From: an uncultured Bacilli bacterium
Lineage (GTDB): Bacteria > Bacillota_I > Bacilli_A > RF39 > UBA660
Reading direction: 5' to 3'
Assembly (NCBI GenBank): GCA_949505625.1
Contig: CATBQD010000010.1
Span: forward strand, 434-64,433
DNA: 64,000 nt
The notes under the pieces are model-generated. The model did not search any database. It saw only the letters and a list, made by a program, of their open reading frames with translations, and had not been told where the DNA came from. Within the stretch, counting starts at the first letter, position 1; every line of letters starts with the position of its first letter. The position numbers were made by a program, and so were the translations under genes. Positions 1 through 10,087 of this stretch are shown here, piece after piece.

Positions 1-1
1 A

Positions 2-340
2 GGAGAAGATTTCTATATTGATTTATTATTTTATAATCGTGACTTATCTTGTTTGGTAGCATTTGAACTAAAAATTGGACCGTTTGTTCCTGAATACATT
101 TCTAAAATGGATTTTTACCTAGAAGCATTAGATAGACAAATCAAAAAAGAAAATGAAAATCCTTCTGTTGGAATTATTTTATGCACAGATAGAAATGAAG
201 AGGTCATAAAATATTCTATGAGCAGAACCATGTCACCAACTTTAGTATCAGAATATAAAGTAAATTTAATCGATGAAAGATTATTAAAAAATAAATTGAG
301 AGAAATAAAAAATTATGTGGAAGAAAATAAAAATAGATAA
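2..340 (+). CDS. 3' part of a DUF1016/YhcG-like PD-(D/E)XK nuclease; the 5' end lies outside the window
   Basis: The frame is open from nt 2. The translation EDFYIDLLFYNRDLSCLVAFELKIGPFVPEYISKMDFYL matches the conserved DUF1016 nuclease core (YIDLLFYhr..ELK..K). Confidence 0.6.
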   Translation, partial: GEDFYIDLLFYNRDLSCLVAFELKIGPFVPEYISKMDFYLEALDRQIKKENENPSVGIILCTDRNEEVIKYSMSRTMSPTLVSEYKVNLIDERLLKNKLREIKNYVEENKNR

Positions 341-345
341 ATCAG

Positions 346-374
346 ATTGACATAAAAAATAGAACATGTTAATA
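346..374 (+). promoter_or_regulatory. Sigma-A type promoter: TTGACA, 17 nt spacer, TAATAT
   Basis: TTGACA at 346-351 and TAATAT at 369-374. It sits upstream of the MarR gene and implies the annotated ATG at 366 is not the true start. Confidence 0.45.
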
Positions 375-398
375 TACTTAATAGTGTTAATTATTGGG

Positions 399-830
399 AT
401 GATGATTATGAAAGCAAAAGAAAAAGCAAATGAAATGTTTGAATTAATTGTAAAAAAGAAAAAAACATTGACAGAAATGCCGCTTCATTGTTGTAGTGGA
501 GAAACTGGAGTATTATTATATTTAAATTTTGTAAATAATTGTGTGACAGCAAGTGAACTTTCTAAAACCTTAATGGTTAGCATGCCAAGAGTAACATCAA
601 TTTTAAATACATTGGAAACTAAAAAGCTTATTTTAAAGAAAACAGATAGTAAAGATAAACGGAAAATAACGGTTATAATTACAGATTTGGGAAAAGAAAT
701 AATCTCTATTAAAAAAGAAGAAATAATTGACCAAATGGCTTATATTATAGAGCGATTAGAAGAACGTGAAGTTGATGAGTTCATGAGAATCATTGATAAG
801 ATTGGTTCTATTATAGAAGATTACAAATAA
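399..830 (+). CDS. MarR family transcriptional regulator
   Basis: Winged-helix MarR-like sequence (ASELSKTLMVSMPRVTSILNTLETKKLILKKTDSKDKRKI). The start is probably one of the ATGs at 399, 402 or 408, downstream of the predicted promoter. Confidence 0.7.
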   Translation: MMIMKAKEKANEMFELIVKKKKTLTEMPLHCCSGETGVLLYLNFVNNCVTASELSKTLMVSMPRVTSILNTLETKKLILKKTDSKDKRKITVIITDLGKEIISIKKEEIIDQMAYIIERLEEREVDEFMRIIDKIGSIIEDYK

Positions 831-842
831 AGGGTGATGGAT

Positions 843-3440
843 ATGTTAAAATTAAAAAATATAAAAAAAACTTATGTTTCTGGAGATGAACAAGTAAAAG
901 CCTTAAAAGGAATTGATATCGAATTTAGAAATTCAGAATTTGTTTCTATTTTGGGTCCTAGTGGATGCGGGAAAACGACATTATTAAATATCATAGGTGG
1001 GTTAGACCGTTATACGAGTGGCGATTTAATCATTAACGGAAAGTCAACGAAAAACTTTAAAAATAGAGATTGGGATGCTTATAGAAATTATTCTATTGGT
1101 TTTGTTTTTCAAAGTTACAATCTAATTGGTCACCAAACTGTACTTTCTAATGTTGAATTAGCGCTTACTATTTCTGGAGTTTCTAAAAAAGAACGAAGAA
1201 AGCGAGCAATTGATGCATTAAAATCAGTTGGATTAAAAGACCAAATTCATAAGAAACCAAATCAATTATCAGGTGGCCAAATGCAGAGAGTAGCGATTGC
1301 TAGAGCACTTGTAAATAATCCAGACATTATTCTAGCAGATGAACCAACTGGAGCCTTAGATACAAAAACAAGTGTTCAAGTAATGGAAATTCTAAAAGAA
1401 ATTTCAAAAGATAAATTAATTATTATGGTAACTCATAATCCGGATTTAGCGGAAACTTATTCTAGTAGAATTATTAAAATCTTAGATGGAAAAATTACTG
1501 ATGATTCAAATCCAATTGAAAAAGAGGAAATAGAAACAAAACAAATAGAGACAATGAAAAGAACTTCCATGAACTTTTTAACGGCTTTCCGATTAAGTTT
1601 AAACAATTTGATGACCAAAAAAGGAAGAACCATTTTAACTTCTTTTGCTGGAAGTATCGGAATTATAGGAATTGCTCTTATTTTAGCAATCTCAACAGGT
1701 GTTCAAAATTATATTGATAAAGTGGAACAAGATACAATTTCTTCTTATCCAATTATGATAGAAGAATCTACTGTAGATATGTCTAGTATGCTTGAAACAA
1801 TGATGGGAAGTAGAGATAGTGTGATAGAGAATAAAGAAGAAGGAAAAGTTTATTCCGCCGATATTATGAATAATCTACTTACAACACTTTCTAATAAAAT
1901 GGAAACAAACAATTTGGAAGAATTAAGAAAATATATTGAAACAAAAGGTTCTATCAAAGACAATAGTTCAGCAATTCAATATTTATATAATTTGAATTTA
2001 CAGCTTTATAAAAAAGATACTAGTAATGGAATTGTAAGAGTAAATCCAAGCACTGTTATGGATGCAATGGGTATGGGAGAAATGATGGAAGCATCACAAA
2101 ATTCTATGTTTTCTAATTTTATGGGAAACTCTAACACTCATGCCGATGTATTTACAGAATTATTAGATAATAGGGATTTATTAAAATCTCAATATGATTT
2201 GCTTGCTGGTTCATGGCCAGCAAAATATAATGAAGTCGTATTAATTGTAGGAAAAAATGATGAAATTAGTGATTATACATTATATGCTTTAGGGTTAAAG
2301 GACCAAAAAGAATTAGAGGCAAAAATGAAAGCAGCAATGAAAGGGGAAAAGCTTGAAGAAGCAAAACCAACTTCTTATACTTATGAAGAACTTTTAAATT
2401 TATCCTATAAGCTTCTATTAAACTCTGATTATTACAACTATGAAAATGGAATTTGGATGAATAAAAGTGATGACGAAAACTATATGAAGCAAAAGATAGA
2501 AGCAGCAGAAGAAATAAAAGTAGTTGGAATCATTAGACAAAATGACCAAACATTAGCACAAGGAATGAGTGGTGGAGTTGGTTATTTAAAAGAGTTAAAA
2601 GAATATGTCATTCAAAAATCAAATGAATCAGAAGTTGTAAAAGCCCAAAAGGAAAATCCAACAGTTAATATTTTTTCTGGATTAGAATTTCCAAAAGAAA
2701 ATGAAAATACAAATTTTGATTTTAATTCTTTAACAGACGAACAGAAATATGCATTAAGTCAGTTAAGTGCAGAAGAAATCGCCAAAATGATGGAAGCTTA
2801 TACAGAAAATAAGAATGCTTCTTATGAGAAAAATTTAATGAAGTTAGGAGCAATTGATTTAGAAAAACCATCTGGTATTTATATTTACCCAAAAGATTTT
2901 AAATCAAAAGATTTAATTTCTGATGCAATTACAGAGTATAATGATATACAAAAGAAAAATGGAAAAGAAGAAAATGTCATTAATTATACTGATATTGTTG
3001 GTATTATGTTAAAATCAGTTAGTCAAATTATTGATATTATTAGTTATGTTTTAATTGCTTTTGTAGGAATTTCCTTAATTGTTTCTTCCATTATGATTGG
3101 TATTATTACCTATATTTCTGTACTAGAAAGAACAAAAGAAATTGGAATATTAAGGGCAATTGGTGCAAGTAAAAAAGATATTTCAAGAGTCTTTAATGCC
3201 GAAACATTAATTGTTGGGTTTATTTCTGGAGCATTTGGAATTTTGATTACAATATTATTGACAATACCAATTAACAAAGTTATTTATGCACTTACAAATG
3301 TCAGTATTGTAACAGCAGTACCTTTTGCAGCCGCTATTATTCTAATCTTAATTAGTATGGGATTAACCGTAATAGCAGGTTTAATTCCAGCTAAAATAGC
3401 AAGTAAAAAAGACCCTGTTATTGCTCTTAGAACAGAATAG
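843..3440 (+). CDS. ABC transporter: ATP-binding domain fused to an FtsX-type permease (MacB-like)
   Basis: N-terminal Walker A GPSGCGKTT, ABC signature LSGGQMQRVAIARAL and Walker B IILADEPTGALD. The C-terminus has 4 TM helices typical of the FtsX/MacB permease fold. Start ambiguous between GTG 834, ATG 837 and ATG 843; 843 has the best RBS spacing. Confidence 0.85.
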   Translation: MLKLKNIKKTYVSGDEQVKALKGIDIEFRNSEFVSILGPSGCGKTTLLNIIGGLDRYTSGDLIINGKSTKNFKNRDWDAYRNYSIGFVFQSYNLIGHQTVLSNVELALTISGVSKKERRKRAIDALKSVGLKDQIHKKPNQLSGGQMQRVAIARALVNNPDIILADEPTGALDTKTSVQVMEILKEISKDKLIIMVTHNPDLAETYSSRIIKILDGKITDDSNPIEKEEIETKQIETMKRTSMNFLTAFRLSLNNLMTKKGRTILTSFAGSIGIIGIALILAISTGVQNYIDKVEQDTISSYPIMIEESTVDMSSMLETMMGSRDSVIENKEEGKVYSADIMNNLLTTLSNKMETNNLEELRKYIETKGSIKDNSSAIQYLYNLNLQLYKKDTSNGIVRVNPSTVMDAMGMGEMMEASQNSMFSNFMGNSNTHADVFTELLDNRDLLKSQYDLLAGSWPAKYNEVVLIVGKNDEISDYTLYALGLKDQKELEAKMKAAMKGEKLEEAKPTSYTYEELLNLSYKLLLNSDYYNYENGIWMNKSDDENYMKQKIEAAEEIKVVGIIRQNDQTLAQGMSGGVGYLKELKEYVIQKSNESEVVKAQKENPTVNIFSGLEFPKENENTNFDFNSLTDEQKYALSQLSAEEIAKMMEAYTENKNASYEKNLMKLGAIDLEKPSGIYIYPKDFKSKDLISDAITEYNDIQKKNGKEENVINYTDIVGIMLKSVSQIIDIISYVLIAFVGISLIVSSIMIGIITYISVLERTKEIGILRAIGASKKDISRVFNAETLIVGFISGAFGILITILLTIPINKVIYALTNVSIVTAVPFAAAIILILISMGLTVIAGLIPAKIASKKDPVIALRTE

Positions 3441-3535
3441 AAAAGTGAATATCGTGTTCACTTTTTTTCATAAATTTTGTAAGTTGGAACAATTGTGCTA
3501 AAATAACTATTCGAGAATTTTAATGGAGGAACCAT

Positions 3536-4090
3536 ATGTTAATTAAAGATACAGAACTGATAAATGCAAGTGATAATAACTTGTTAAATTTTATGAGAAA
3601 GAATCATATTACAACAGTAGAAGATGTTTTAAGCACATCTAGTATGAAAGAATTGCCAAGAGAAACAATGTCATCTTTACAATATGCTGGTATTAGAGAT
3701 TTATTTTGTTATCAATATTTAGGAATTATACCTGACTTGTATTCCTATTTAAATAATCAAATTTGTATAAATAATGGAAATATAGGAGTAATAGGAATTC
3801 AGATTGATTTTTATTTTCGATACTATAAGGAGAAGCAAATTGCCTATGTTTTATATCGTCTTGGTTTTAATAGGCGAGATACCATTACAATTATAGAGAC
3901 CATATATTATTATTTTGAGTCACATTCTTCAAATTTTACATTAGGAATGGTTTTTGAATTTATGGATTCTATAAAAGATAAAATTATAAAAAAAGAAAGA
4001 GATAAATGTTTATTTCAAAAAATCCTACTTTTATTAGAAATTAATAAAAAACTAAAAAGGTTAAAAGAATCAGAAAATTTTCAAAAATAA
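3536..4090 (+). CDS. hypothetical protein
   Basis: 184-aa ORF with the local AT-rich codon usage. No motif recognised. Confidence 0.4.
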   Translation: MLIKDTELINASDNNLLNFMRKNHITTVEDVLSTSSMKELPRETMSSLQYAGIRDLFCYQYLGIIPDLYSYLNNQICINNGNIGVIGIQIDFYFRYYKEKQIAYVLYRLGFNRRDTITIIETIYYYFESHSSNFTLGMVFEFMDSIKDKIIKKERDKCLFQKILLLLEINKKLKRLKESENFQK

Positions 4091-4156
4091 ATTGAAAAAA
4101 ATGAATTTTAAATTATATCTTTTTGTGTGTTATAATAAAAATATCGGAGGTATACT

Positions 4157-4897
4157 ATGAAGGGAGATAGTTATATAAAAAAAGAACAAATAAAAAATTG
4201 GTTAGAACAATTAAGAACATATTGGTTAGATAAAAATATTGATGGAGCAGTTTCATTATTTAAATATACAACTTTTTATCAAGAAACGCCTTTTATGGAA
4301 CCATTTACCACTTTAGAAGAGATTAGACGAGAATGGGAACATGTAAAAGAGGAACAGATAGAACAAATAGAGATTACTCTTTTAGCGAGTAGTGGAAATA
4401 CTGCAATTGCCAATTGGACTTTGAAGCAAAATGGAATTTGTTATGATGGAATTTACGAAATTAAATTTGATGATAATTGTAATTGTATTTATTTTAAAAG
4501 TTGGGAAATGGAAGAACCAAAGGTACCTGAAAGCGTATTAGAATATGGTTTTGATTTTGATTGGGACGAAGAAGTCGTTTGGAATCTTGATTATGAAACA
4601 GAAGAAATGGATATTCATTTATTAGAATGGCACTTTGATGTCCCATTTTGGAATTTGAATGGTGTTTGGTATACTTTAACTCCAAAAGAAGTTATTAATA
4701 ATCCTGAAAAATTTAAGAAAGAATATGAGAGAATAATGAACTCTGATATTTCATATCCTATTGATATTATGGAAAATAAAGGTAGATTTGTAATTCTAGA
4801 TGGTTTGCATCGATTAGTGAAGTGTAAATTACTAGGAATGCAGAAAGTAAATGTTCGAATTATTCCAAGAACCGAAATACCGAACTTATCAAAGTAA
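4157..4897 (+). CDS. hypothetical protein with a C-terminal ParB/Srx-like domain
   Basis: The C-terminal RFVILDGLHRLVKCKLLG carries the DGxHR motif of ParB N-terminal/sulfiredoxin-like nuclease domains. The acidic/Trp-rich N-terminal half is of unknown function. Confidence 0.5.
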   Translation: MKGDSYIKKEQIKNWLEQLRTYWLDKNIDGAVSLFKYTTFYQETPFMEPFTTLEEIRREWEHVKEEQIEQIEITLLASSGNTAIANWTLKQNGICYDGIYEIKFDDNCNCIYFKSWEMEEPKVPESVLEYGFDFDWDEEVVWNLDYETEEMDIHLLEWHFDVPFWNLNGVWYTLTPKEVINNPEKFKKEYERIMNSDISYPIDIMENKGRFVILDGLHRLVKCKLLGMQKVNVRIIPRTEIPNLSK

Positions 4898-5014
4898 AGA
4901 AACAAAAAATAGAAAAGTTTGTTTCTTTTTTATTTAGATAAAATTATTTACACATGTTCAATCTTATGATAACATATGTTATATAACAAGAGATACAGAT
5001 GGGAAGTGATGCGA

Positions 5015-5572
5015 ATGCCACCTAATAAAAAATATACAAAAGAGGATATCACAAATATTGCTTATGAAATAGTAAAACAAGAAGGATTTGAAAATCTAAA
5101 TGCTAGAAGAATCGCAAAAGAATTAAAAGCTTCTGTTCAACCAATCTTTCATAATTTCGCTTCTATGGAAGAACTGAAAAATGTAGTTTATAAAAAGATT
5201 TATGAAACTTATCAAGAATATATGGAAAGAAAAACAGAAAAGCCAGCCTATAAACAATCAGGTCTTTCTTATATAGCGTTTGCCAAAGAACATCCAGAAC
5301 TATTTAAAATTTTATTTATGCAGGAAACTGATAATAGTCCAGAAAAATTTATTATGGCAGATAGTGAAGGAGAAGACATTATAAAAAAAGGACAACAACT
5401 AACAGGATTATCTTATGAAGAACAAAAGAAATTTCATGTCAAAGTTTTTATGTTTACACATGGAATAGCCTGTTTGTTAGCAACAAAAACGGTAAAATTA
5501 AAAGATAGTGAAATAGAAGAATTACTTGCAAACACTGTTTTAGAATTATTGAAAGGATATAAGGAGAAATGA
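5015..5572 (+). CDS. TetR/AcrR family transcriptional regulator
   Basis: N-terminal HTH (EDITNIAYEIVKQEGFENLNARRIAKELKASVQPIFHNF). RBS GGGAAG lies 8 nt before ATG 5015. Immediately upstream of an ABC-2 transporter operon. Confidence 0.75.
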   Translation: MPPNKKYTKEDITNIAYEIVKQEGFENLNARRIAKELKASVQPIFHNFASMEELKNVVYKKIYETYQEYMERKTEKPAYKQSGLSYIAFAKEHPELFKILFMQETDNSPEKFIMADSEGEDIIKKGQQLTGLSYEEQKKFHVKVFMFTHGIACLLATKTVKLKDSEIEELLANTVLELLKGYKEK

Positions 5573-6513
5573 TTATGAAAAATATTATTGAAGTAAAAAA
5601 TTTAACCAAGGAATATAAAAATTTAAAAGCAATAGATGATTTGTCGTTTGAAGTACATGAAGGAGAAATATTAGGATTACTTGGACCAAATGGTTCAGGG
5701 AAATCAACTACCATTAATTGTATTTTATCATTATTAAAATTTGAAAAAGGAACCATTCAGATTTTTGGACGTCCAATGGCTCCAAATGCTTATGATACAA
5801 AACGAGAAATTGGAGTTGTATTTCAAGATGTCGCTGTCTTTGAAGAACTGACTGTAGAAGAGAATATCGATTATTTTTGTGGACTTTATGTAAATGATAA
5901 AAGTTTAAGAAAACAATATGTAACAGATGCAATAGAACTAGTTGGACTAAATGAATTTAAAAAATTTTATCCAAAGCAACTATCAGGAGGATTACTTAGA
6001 AGATTAAATATTGCCTGTGGGATTGCTCATAAACCAAAATTAATTTTCTTAGATGAACCTACAGTAGCAGTAGATCCACAAAGTAGAAATAATATCTTAG
6101 ATGGAATTGAACAATTAAGAGAAAAAGGAGCAACAATTATTTATACAACGCATTATATGGAAGAAGTGGAAATACTTTGTGATAGAGTTATTATTTTAGA
6201 TAAAGGAAAAGTAATTGCTAGCGGTTCTCCAGAAGAATTAAAGGAACTTGCAAATATGGAAGAAAAAGTAAGTGTTGAAATAGAAACGATTACAGAAAAA
6301 CAATTAGAAGAAATTAAAAAGCTAAAAAATGTGGATGAAGTTCATTATCATAATCAAAACCTAATTGTCATTTATAAAAAGGGTAAAAATAATTTGATTA
6401 CACTGATAGATTATTTAGGAAAAGAGAGAGTTTTATATGACAAAATCTATTCTGAAAGACCAACTTTGAATGATGTGTTCTTAGAACTTACTGGAAAGGA
6501 ATTAAGAGACTAA
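5569..6513 (+). CDS. ABC transporter ATP-binding protein (ABC-2 type)
   Basis: Walker A GPNGSGKST, signature LSGGLLRRLNIACGI and Walker B IFLDEPT. Overlaps the downstream permease gene. Confidence 0.85.
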   Translation: MIMKNIIEVKNLTKEYKNLKAIDDLSFEVHEGEILGLLGPNGSGKSTTINCILSLLKFEKGTIQIFGRPMAPNAYDTKREIGVVFQDVAVFEELTVEENIDYFCGLYVNDKSLRKQYVTDAIELVGLNEFKKFYPKQLSGGLLRRLNIACGIAHKPKLIFLDEPTVAVDPQSRNNILDGIEQLREKGATIIYTTHYMEEVEILCDRVIILDKGKVIASGSPEELKELANMEEKVSVEIETITEKQLEEIKKLKNVDEVHYHNQNLIVIYKKGKNNLITLIDYLGKERVLYDKIYSERPTLNDVFLELTGKELRD

Positions 6514-7676
6514 TGTTATTTCATAATTATAAATATGCTTTAAAAATTCTCTTTAAAAATAAAATGTTAATCTTTTGGACTTTTGCTTTTCCACTCATTT
6601 TAGGAACTTTATTTCAAATGGCATTTTCAGATATTGAAAAAGAAGAAAAACTACAAACAATCCCAATTGCGATTGTAAAACTATCTTCAGACCAAAATTC
6701 TATGGTACCAGAAATATTTGAACATTTAAAAAATGGAGAAGAATCCATGTTTGATATTTCTTATCAAGATGAAAAAGGCGCAAAAGAATTATTAGAAGAT
6801 AAAAAAATAGATGGTTATTTAATTCTATCAGAACCATTAAAACTAGTTGTGAAAGAAAATGGAATTAATCAAACCGTTTTAAAATTTGTAACAGAAGAAA
6901 TATTAGAAACAGAAGAAATCATGAAAAATGTAGTTATGTTAGAAATGAATAAAGCTGATACTTTAGATGAACAATTTTATCAATCTATTTATATGAAAAT
7001 TGAAAAATGGAAACAAGAAAATCAGATAGAATTAAATAATATTTCAAATCAAAATCTGAGTTATACAATGATTGAGTTTTATACATTAATTGCGATGACT
7101 TGTTTATATGGTGGAATTTTAGGTCTTTATTTGGTAAATCAAAATCTTGCCAATCAAAGTGCGAATGGAAAAAGAATATCAGTAAGTCCTACTCAAAAGG
7201 GAAAAGTAATTATAACAAGTGCCTTAGCTGGTTATACAGCACAACTAATTGGAATTGCGTTACTATTTTTCTATACAATTTGTTTCTTAAAAATAGACTA
7301 TGGAGAAAATATTCTATTCATTATTCTTTTAACACTTGTTGGTTGTTTTGCAGGACTTTCTTTAGGAATTATGATAGCAAGTGTTTTCAAAACAAATGAA
7401 AATACCAAAACTGGAATTGTGATAGCATTTACAATGTTATGTTGCTTTTTATCAGGGATGATGGGAATTACTATGAAGTATATCGTGGATAAAAATATTC
7501 CAATTTTAAATAGAATAAACCCTGCAAGTATGATTACAGATGGATTTTACTCTTTGTACTATTATGATACTTTTGGTAGATATTTCTTTAATGTGATTAG
7601 CTTATTGATTTTTTCTATTTTTATGTTAGCACTTTCTATCAAAAGCTTAAGGAGGCAAACTTATGACAGTATTTAA
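6513..7676 (+). CDS. ABC-2 family transporter permease
   Basis: N-terminal TM helix, a large extracytoplasmic loop and then 5 TM helices. Start is translationally coupled to the ATPase stop. Confidence 0.7.
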   Translation: MLFHNYKYALKILFKNKMLIFWTFAFPLILGTLFQMAFSDIEKEEKLQTIPIAIVKLSSDQNSMVPEIFEHLKNGEESMFDISYQDEKGAKELLEDKKIDGYLILSEPLKLVVKENGINQTVLKFVTEEILETEEIMKNVVMLEMNKADTLDEQFYQSIYMKIEKWKQENQIELNNISNQNLSYTMIEFYTLIAMTCLYGGILGLYLVNQNLANQSANGKRISVSPTQKGKVIITSALAGYTAQLIGIALLFFYTICFLKIDYGENILFIILLTLVGCFAGLSLGIMIASVFKTNENTKTGIVIAFTMLCCFLSGMMGITMKYIVDKNIPILNRINPASMITDGFYSLYYYDTFGRYFFNVISLLIFSIFMLALSIKSLRRQTYDSI

Positions 7677-8805
7677 AACTTACTTAAAAATATTAAATAA
7701 AAATAAGTTCCTAGTCATTTTATATACTGTCATATTAGTATTCTTTGCAGCTTTTAATATAGAAAATAATGATAATGGAACAAATTTTGTAGCAGAAAAA
7801 CCAGATATTTTAATTGTGAATCAGGATGAAGATAATGATATTACCAGTCATTTTATCCAGTATATTGAAAAGAATAGTACAGTAAAAAAGGTAAAAGAAA
7901 CAGAAGAAGCCCATAATGATGCATTATTTTATAGGGATGTTAATTATATCATTTATATTCCAAAGAATTTTGGAAATGATTTTTTAGAAGGAAAAAATCC
8001 AAAATTAGAAATCAAAAGTACAGGAGACTATCAAGCATCTCTTGCTGAGATATTAGTAAATAGATATTGGAATGTTGCAAATATCTATAGAAATGTGACA
8101 GAGGAAGAAGAGCAATTATTAACACTTATCAATACAACATTAGAAAAAGATACCATAGTAGAAGTAACTTCAAAATTAGATACAGAAAGTTTTTCTAAAG
8201 CAACTATGTTTTATAATTTTGCCAATTATAGTATTTTGGCCGGTTGTGTTTTCATTATCTGCTTTATGATTTCAAGTTTTCAAGAAAAAAAGGTAAAATC
8301 TAGAATTATGGTTAGTAGTATGGAATATCGAAAATTCAATAGACAATTACTACTTTCAAACGGATTATTCGCTTTTGCTCTATGGTTGTGTTATGTGATT
8401 TTGAGTATTGTATTAGTTGGTAATGTAATGCTTACTAGTAGGGGATTATTTTTGATTTTAAATTCATTTATCTTTACTTGTTCTGCTTTAACATTAGCCC
8501 TTTTGATTGGTAATTTGGTTCACAATAAAGAAGCTATGAATGGAATAGTTAATGTTATAGCGCTCGGTTCAAGTTTCTTATGTGGAGCTTTTGTTCCAAC
8601 ACAGTTTTTACCAGATTTCGTTTTAAAAATCGCTCACATTTTACCATCTTATTATTACATCTATAACAATGAATTAATTGCTTCTTTGGAACATATCGAT
8701 TTAGAAAATTTACAACCAATATTTATCAATATGGGAATGCTTTTATTATTTGCTTTTATATTTATTGTTATTACCAATATAGTTACCAAAAGGAAAAACA
8801 GATAG
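7663..8805 (+). CDS. ABC-2 family transporter permease (second subunit)
   Basis: Same topology as the preceding permease. Overlaps the previous gene by 14 nt. Confidence 0.7.
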   Translation: MTVFKTYLKILNKNKFLVILYTVILVFFAAFNIENNDNGTNFVAEKPDILIVNQDEDNDITSHFIQYIEKNSTVKKVKETEEAHNDALFYRDVNYIIYIPKNFGNDFLEGKNPKLEIKSTGDYQASLAEILVNRYWNVANIYRNVTEEEEQLLTLINTTLEKDTIVEVTSKLDTESFSKATMFYNFANYSILAGCVFIICFMISSFQEKKVKSRIMVSSMEYRKFNRQLLLSNGLFAFALWLCYVILSIVLVGNVMLTSRGLFLILNSFIFTCSALTLALLIGNLVHNKEAMNGIVNVIALGSSFLCGAFVPTQFLPDFVLKIAHILPSYYYIYNNELIASLEHIDLENLQPIFINMGMLLLFAFIFIVITNIVTKRKNR

Positions 8806-8823
8806 AAATATCTGTTTTTGTTA

Positions 8824-9159
8824 TCATAAATAACGTCTACTACCAAGAATGATTGTGGGATAATTCTTGTGAGCTCTTTTATACATGGTAGGCCCTTTAT
8901 CATTTACAAAAAAGACAACAGTGTTATCAAATCCCTCTAATTTCTTCGTTTTCATTTCAACAAGAACATTTCTTTTTCCATTAGTAAGTGTAAGTGTACA
9001 CTCATCCCTAGAAACTTTATCAAACTCAGAGTGGATAAAATGATATCCAGTTAAATCAAACCCGTACACATCTTTCGCAAACTGTTTTAATAATTTGAAG
9101 TCTTTAAATACATATTGAAAACAATAACCATTACTTAGCCCAACCAATTTATCATTCAT
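8824..9159 (-). CDS. hypothetical protein
   Basis: 111-aa ORF with a strong RBS (AAAGGAGG) upstream on the minus strand. Confidence 0.45.
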   Translation of the reverse strand: MNDKLVGLSNGYCFQYVFKDFKLLKQFAKDVYGFDLTGYHFIHSEFDKVSRDECTLTLTNGKRNVLVEMKTKKLEGFDNTVVFFVNDKGPTMYKRAHKNYPTIILGSRRYL

Positions 9160-9194
9160 TTTTCTTCCTCCTTTCTAGAAATTTTTTATAAAAG

Positions 9195-9225
9195 AAAAAA
9201 AGAGACAATGAGAGTCTCTTTTTAG
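9195..9225. terminator. Palindromic hairpin (AGAGAC..GTCTCT) flanked by an A-run and a T-run; possibly bidirectional
   Basis: Sequence aaaaaaagagacaatgagagtctcttttta. Confidence 0.4.
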
Positions 9226-9420
9226 AGGACAAGCTTGAATGGAAAGAACTATCTATCTTGACAATATAAATAATTTCCTTGCCCTCTATTATTATAATAC
9301 AGTAGAGATAGTCAAAAAACCTTATTCATTAAAAAAATCTTACAATATTTTTATGTTCATTTACTTATAAACTATGTTACGGTATAATAAAAATAAATAG
9401 CATGAAAGGAATTTTTAAGT

Positions 9421-10086
9421 ATGAATAGTTATGAAATTATATTAAATAATCCATCTTATTTAGAAATAGCAGAAAAGATTGGAAATTTTAAATTTATTAC
9501 AGATGGAAAATGGGATTGGGAACATGGATTAGAGCATTACAAGCGAGTAGCCCATTATATGAAACGAATCTTAGAACAATTAAATGCAACAGAAAAACAA
9601 ATGGAACTTGGAATGATTGCTGCACTATTACATGATATTGGCCTAATTGAAAGTGGGAAAGATAAAATAGACCATGGTCTAAAAAGTAGTCAAATGTTTC
9701 AGAGATTTCTAGATGGTATTGATATAACAGAAGAAGAGATAAAGATATTAGAAGAAGCAATCAAAGACCATTCTAATGGAAATCATATTACTTCTCTTAT
9801 TGGAGCAGCGTTAGTTTTAGCAGATAAATTAGATGTGATTTACCATAGAACGATACATTCTAGTATTCAAGATGAAATGAATTTAGAAGTCAGAAAAATT
9901 AAAAAGGTAGATGTTGTAATAACAGAAAAAGAATTAACTGTCTTATATGAAACTACAGAACCACTAAATTTTAGTATTTTAAGAGGTTGGGAAAAAACAT
10001 TTACAATTCCAGAAAAGATTGCTTCATATTTCGGAAAAGAATATGTATTAAAAGTGAATGGAAAACAGATGGATTGGAGAAGTTAA
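9421..10086 (+). CDS. HD-domain phosphohydrolase
   Basis: HD motif (GLEHYKRVAHY ... LLHDIGL). Confidence 0.7.
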   Translation: MNSYEIILNNPSYLEIAEKIGNFKFITDGKWDWEHGLEHYKRVAHYMKRILEQLNATEKQMELGMIAALLHDIGLIESGKDKIDHGLKSSQMFQRFLDGIDITEEEIKILEEAIKDHSNGNHITSLIGAALVLADKLDVIYHRTIHSSIQDEMNLEVRKIKKVDVVITEKELTVLYETTEPLNFSILRGWEKTFTIPEKIASYFGKEYVLKVNGKQMDWRS

Positions 10087-10087
10087 A

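Noticed and set aside
4494-4905. Minus-strand ORFs of 63 and 96 aa antisense to the 4157-4897 gene
   Set aside because: They lie entirely within a better-supported + strand gene, have low-complexity composition and no RBS. They are typical AT-rich antisense artefacts. The same applies to 5454-5932, 7100-7399, 9497-9760, 13265-13480, 13786-14243, 15128-15364, 16019-16213, 17159-17635, 18188-18448, 18871-19143, 19982-20200, 20357-20931, 25454-26437, 28028-28210, 28579-28965, 31532-31897, 33430-33624, 36675-36872, 38641-39326, 40790-41032, 44230-44956, 46633-47159, 48636-48920, 51494-52044, 54225-54425, 56490-57026, 57908-58108, 59072-59266 and 63597-63791.
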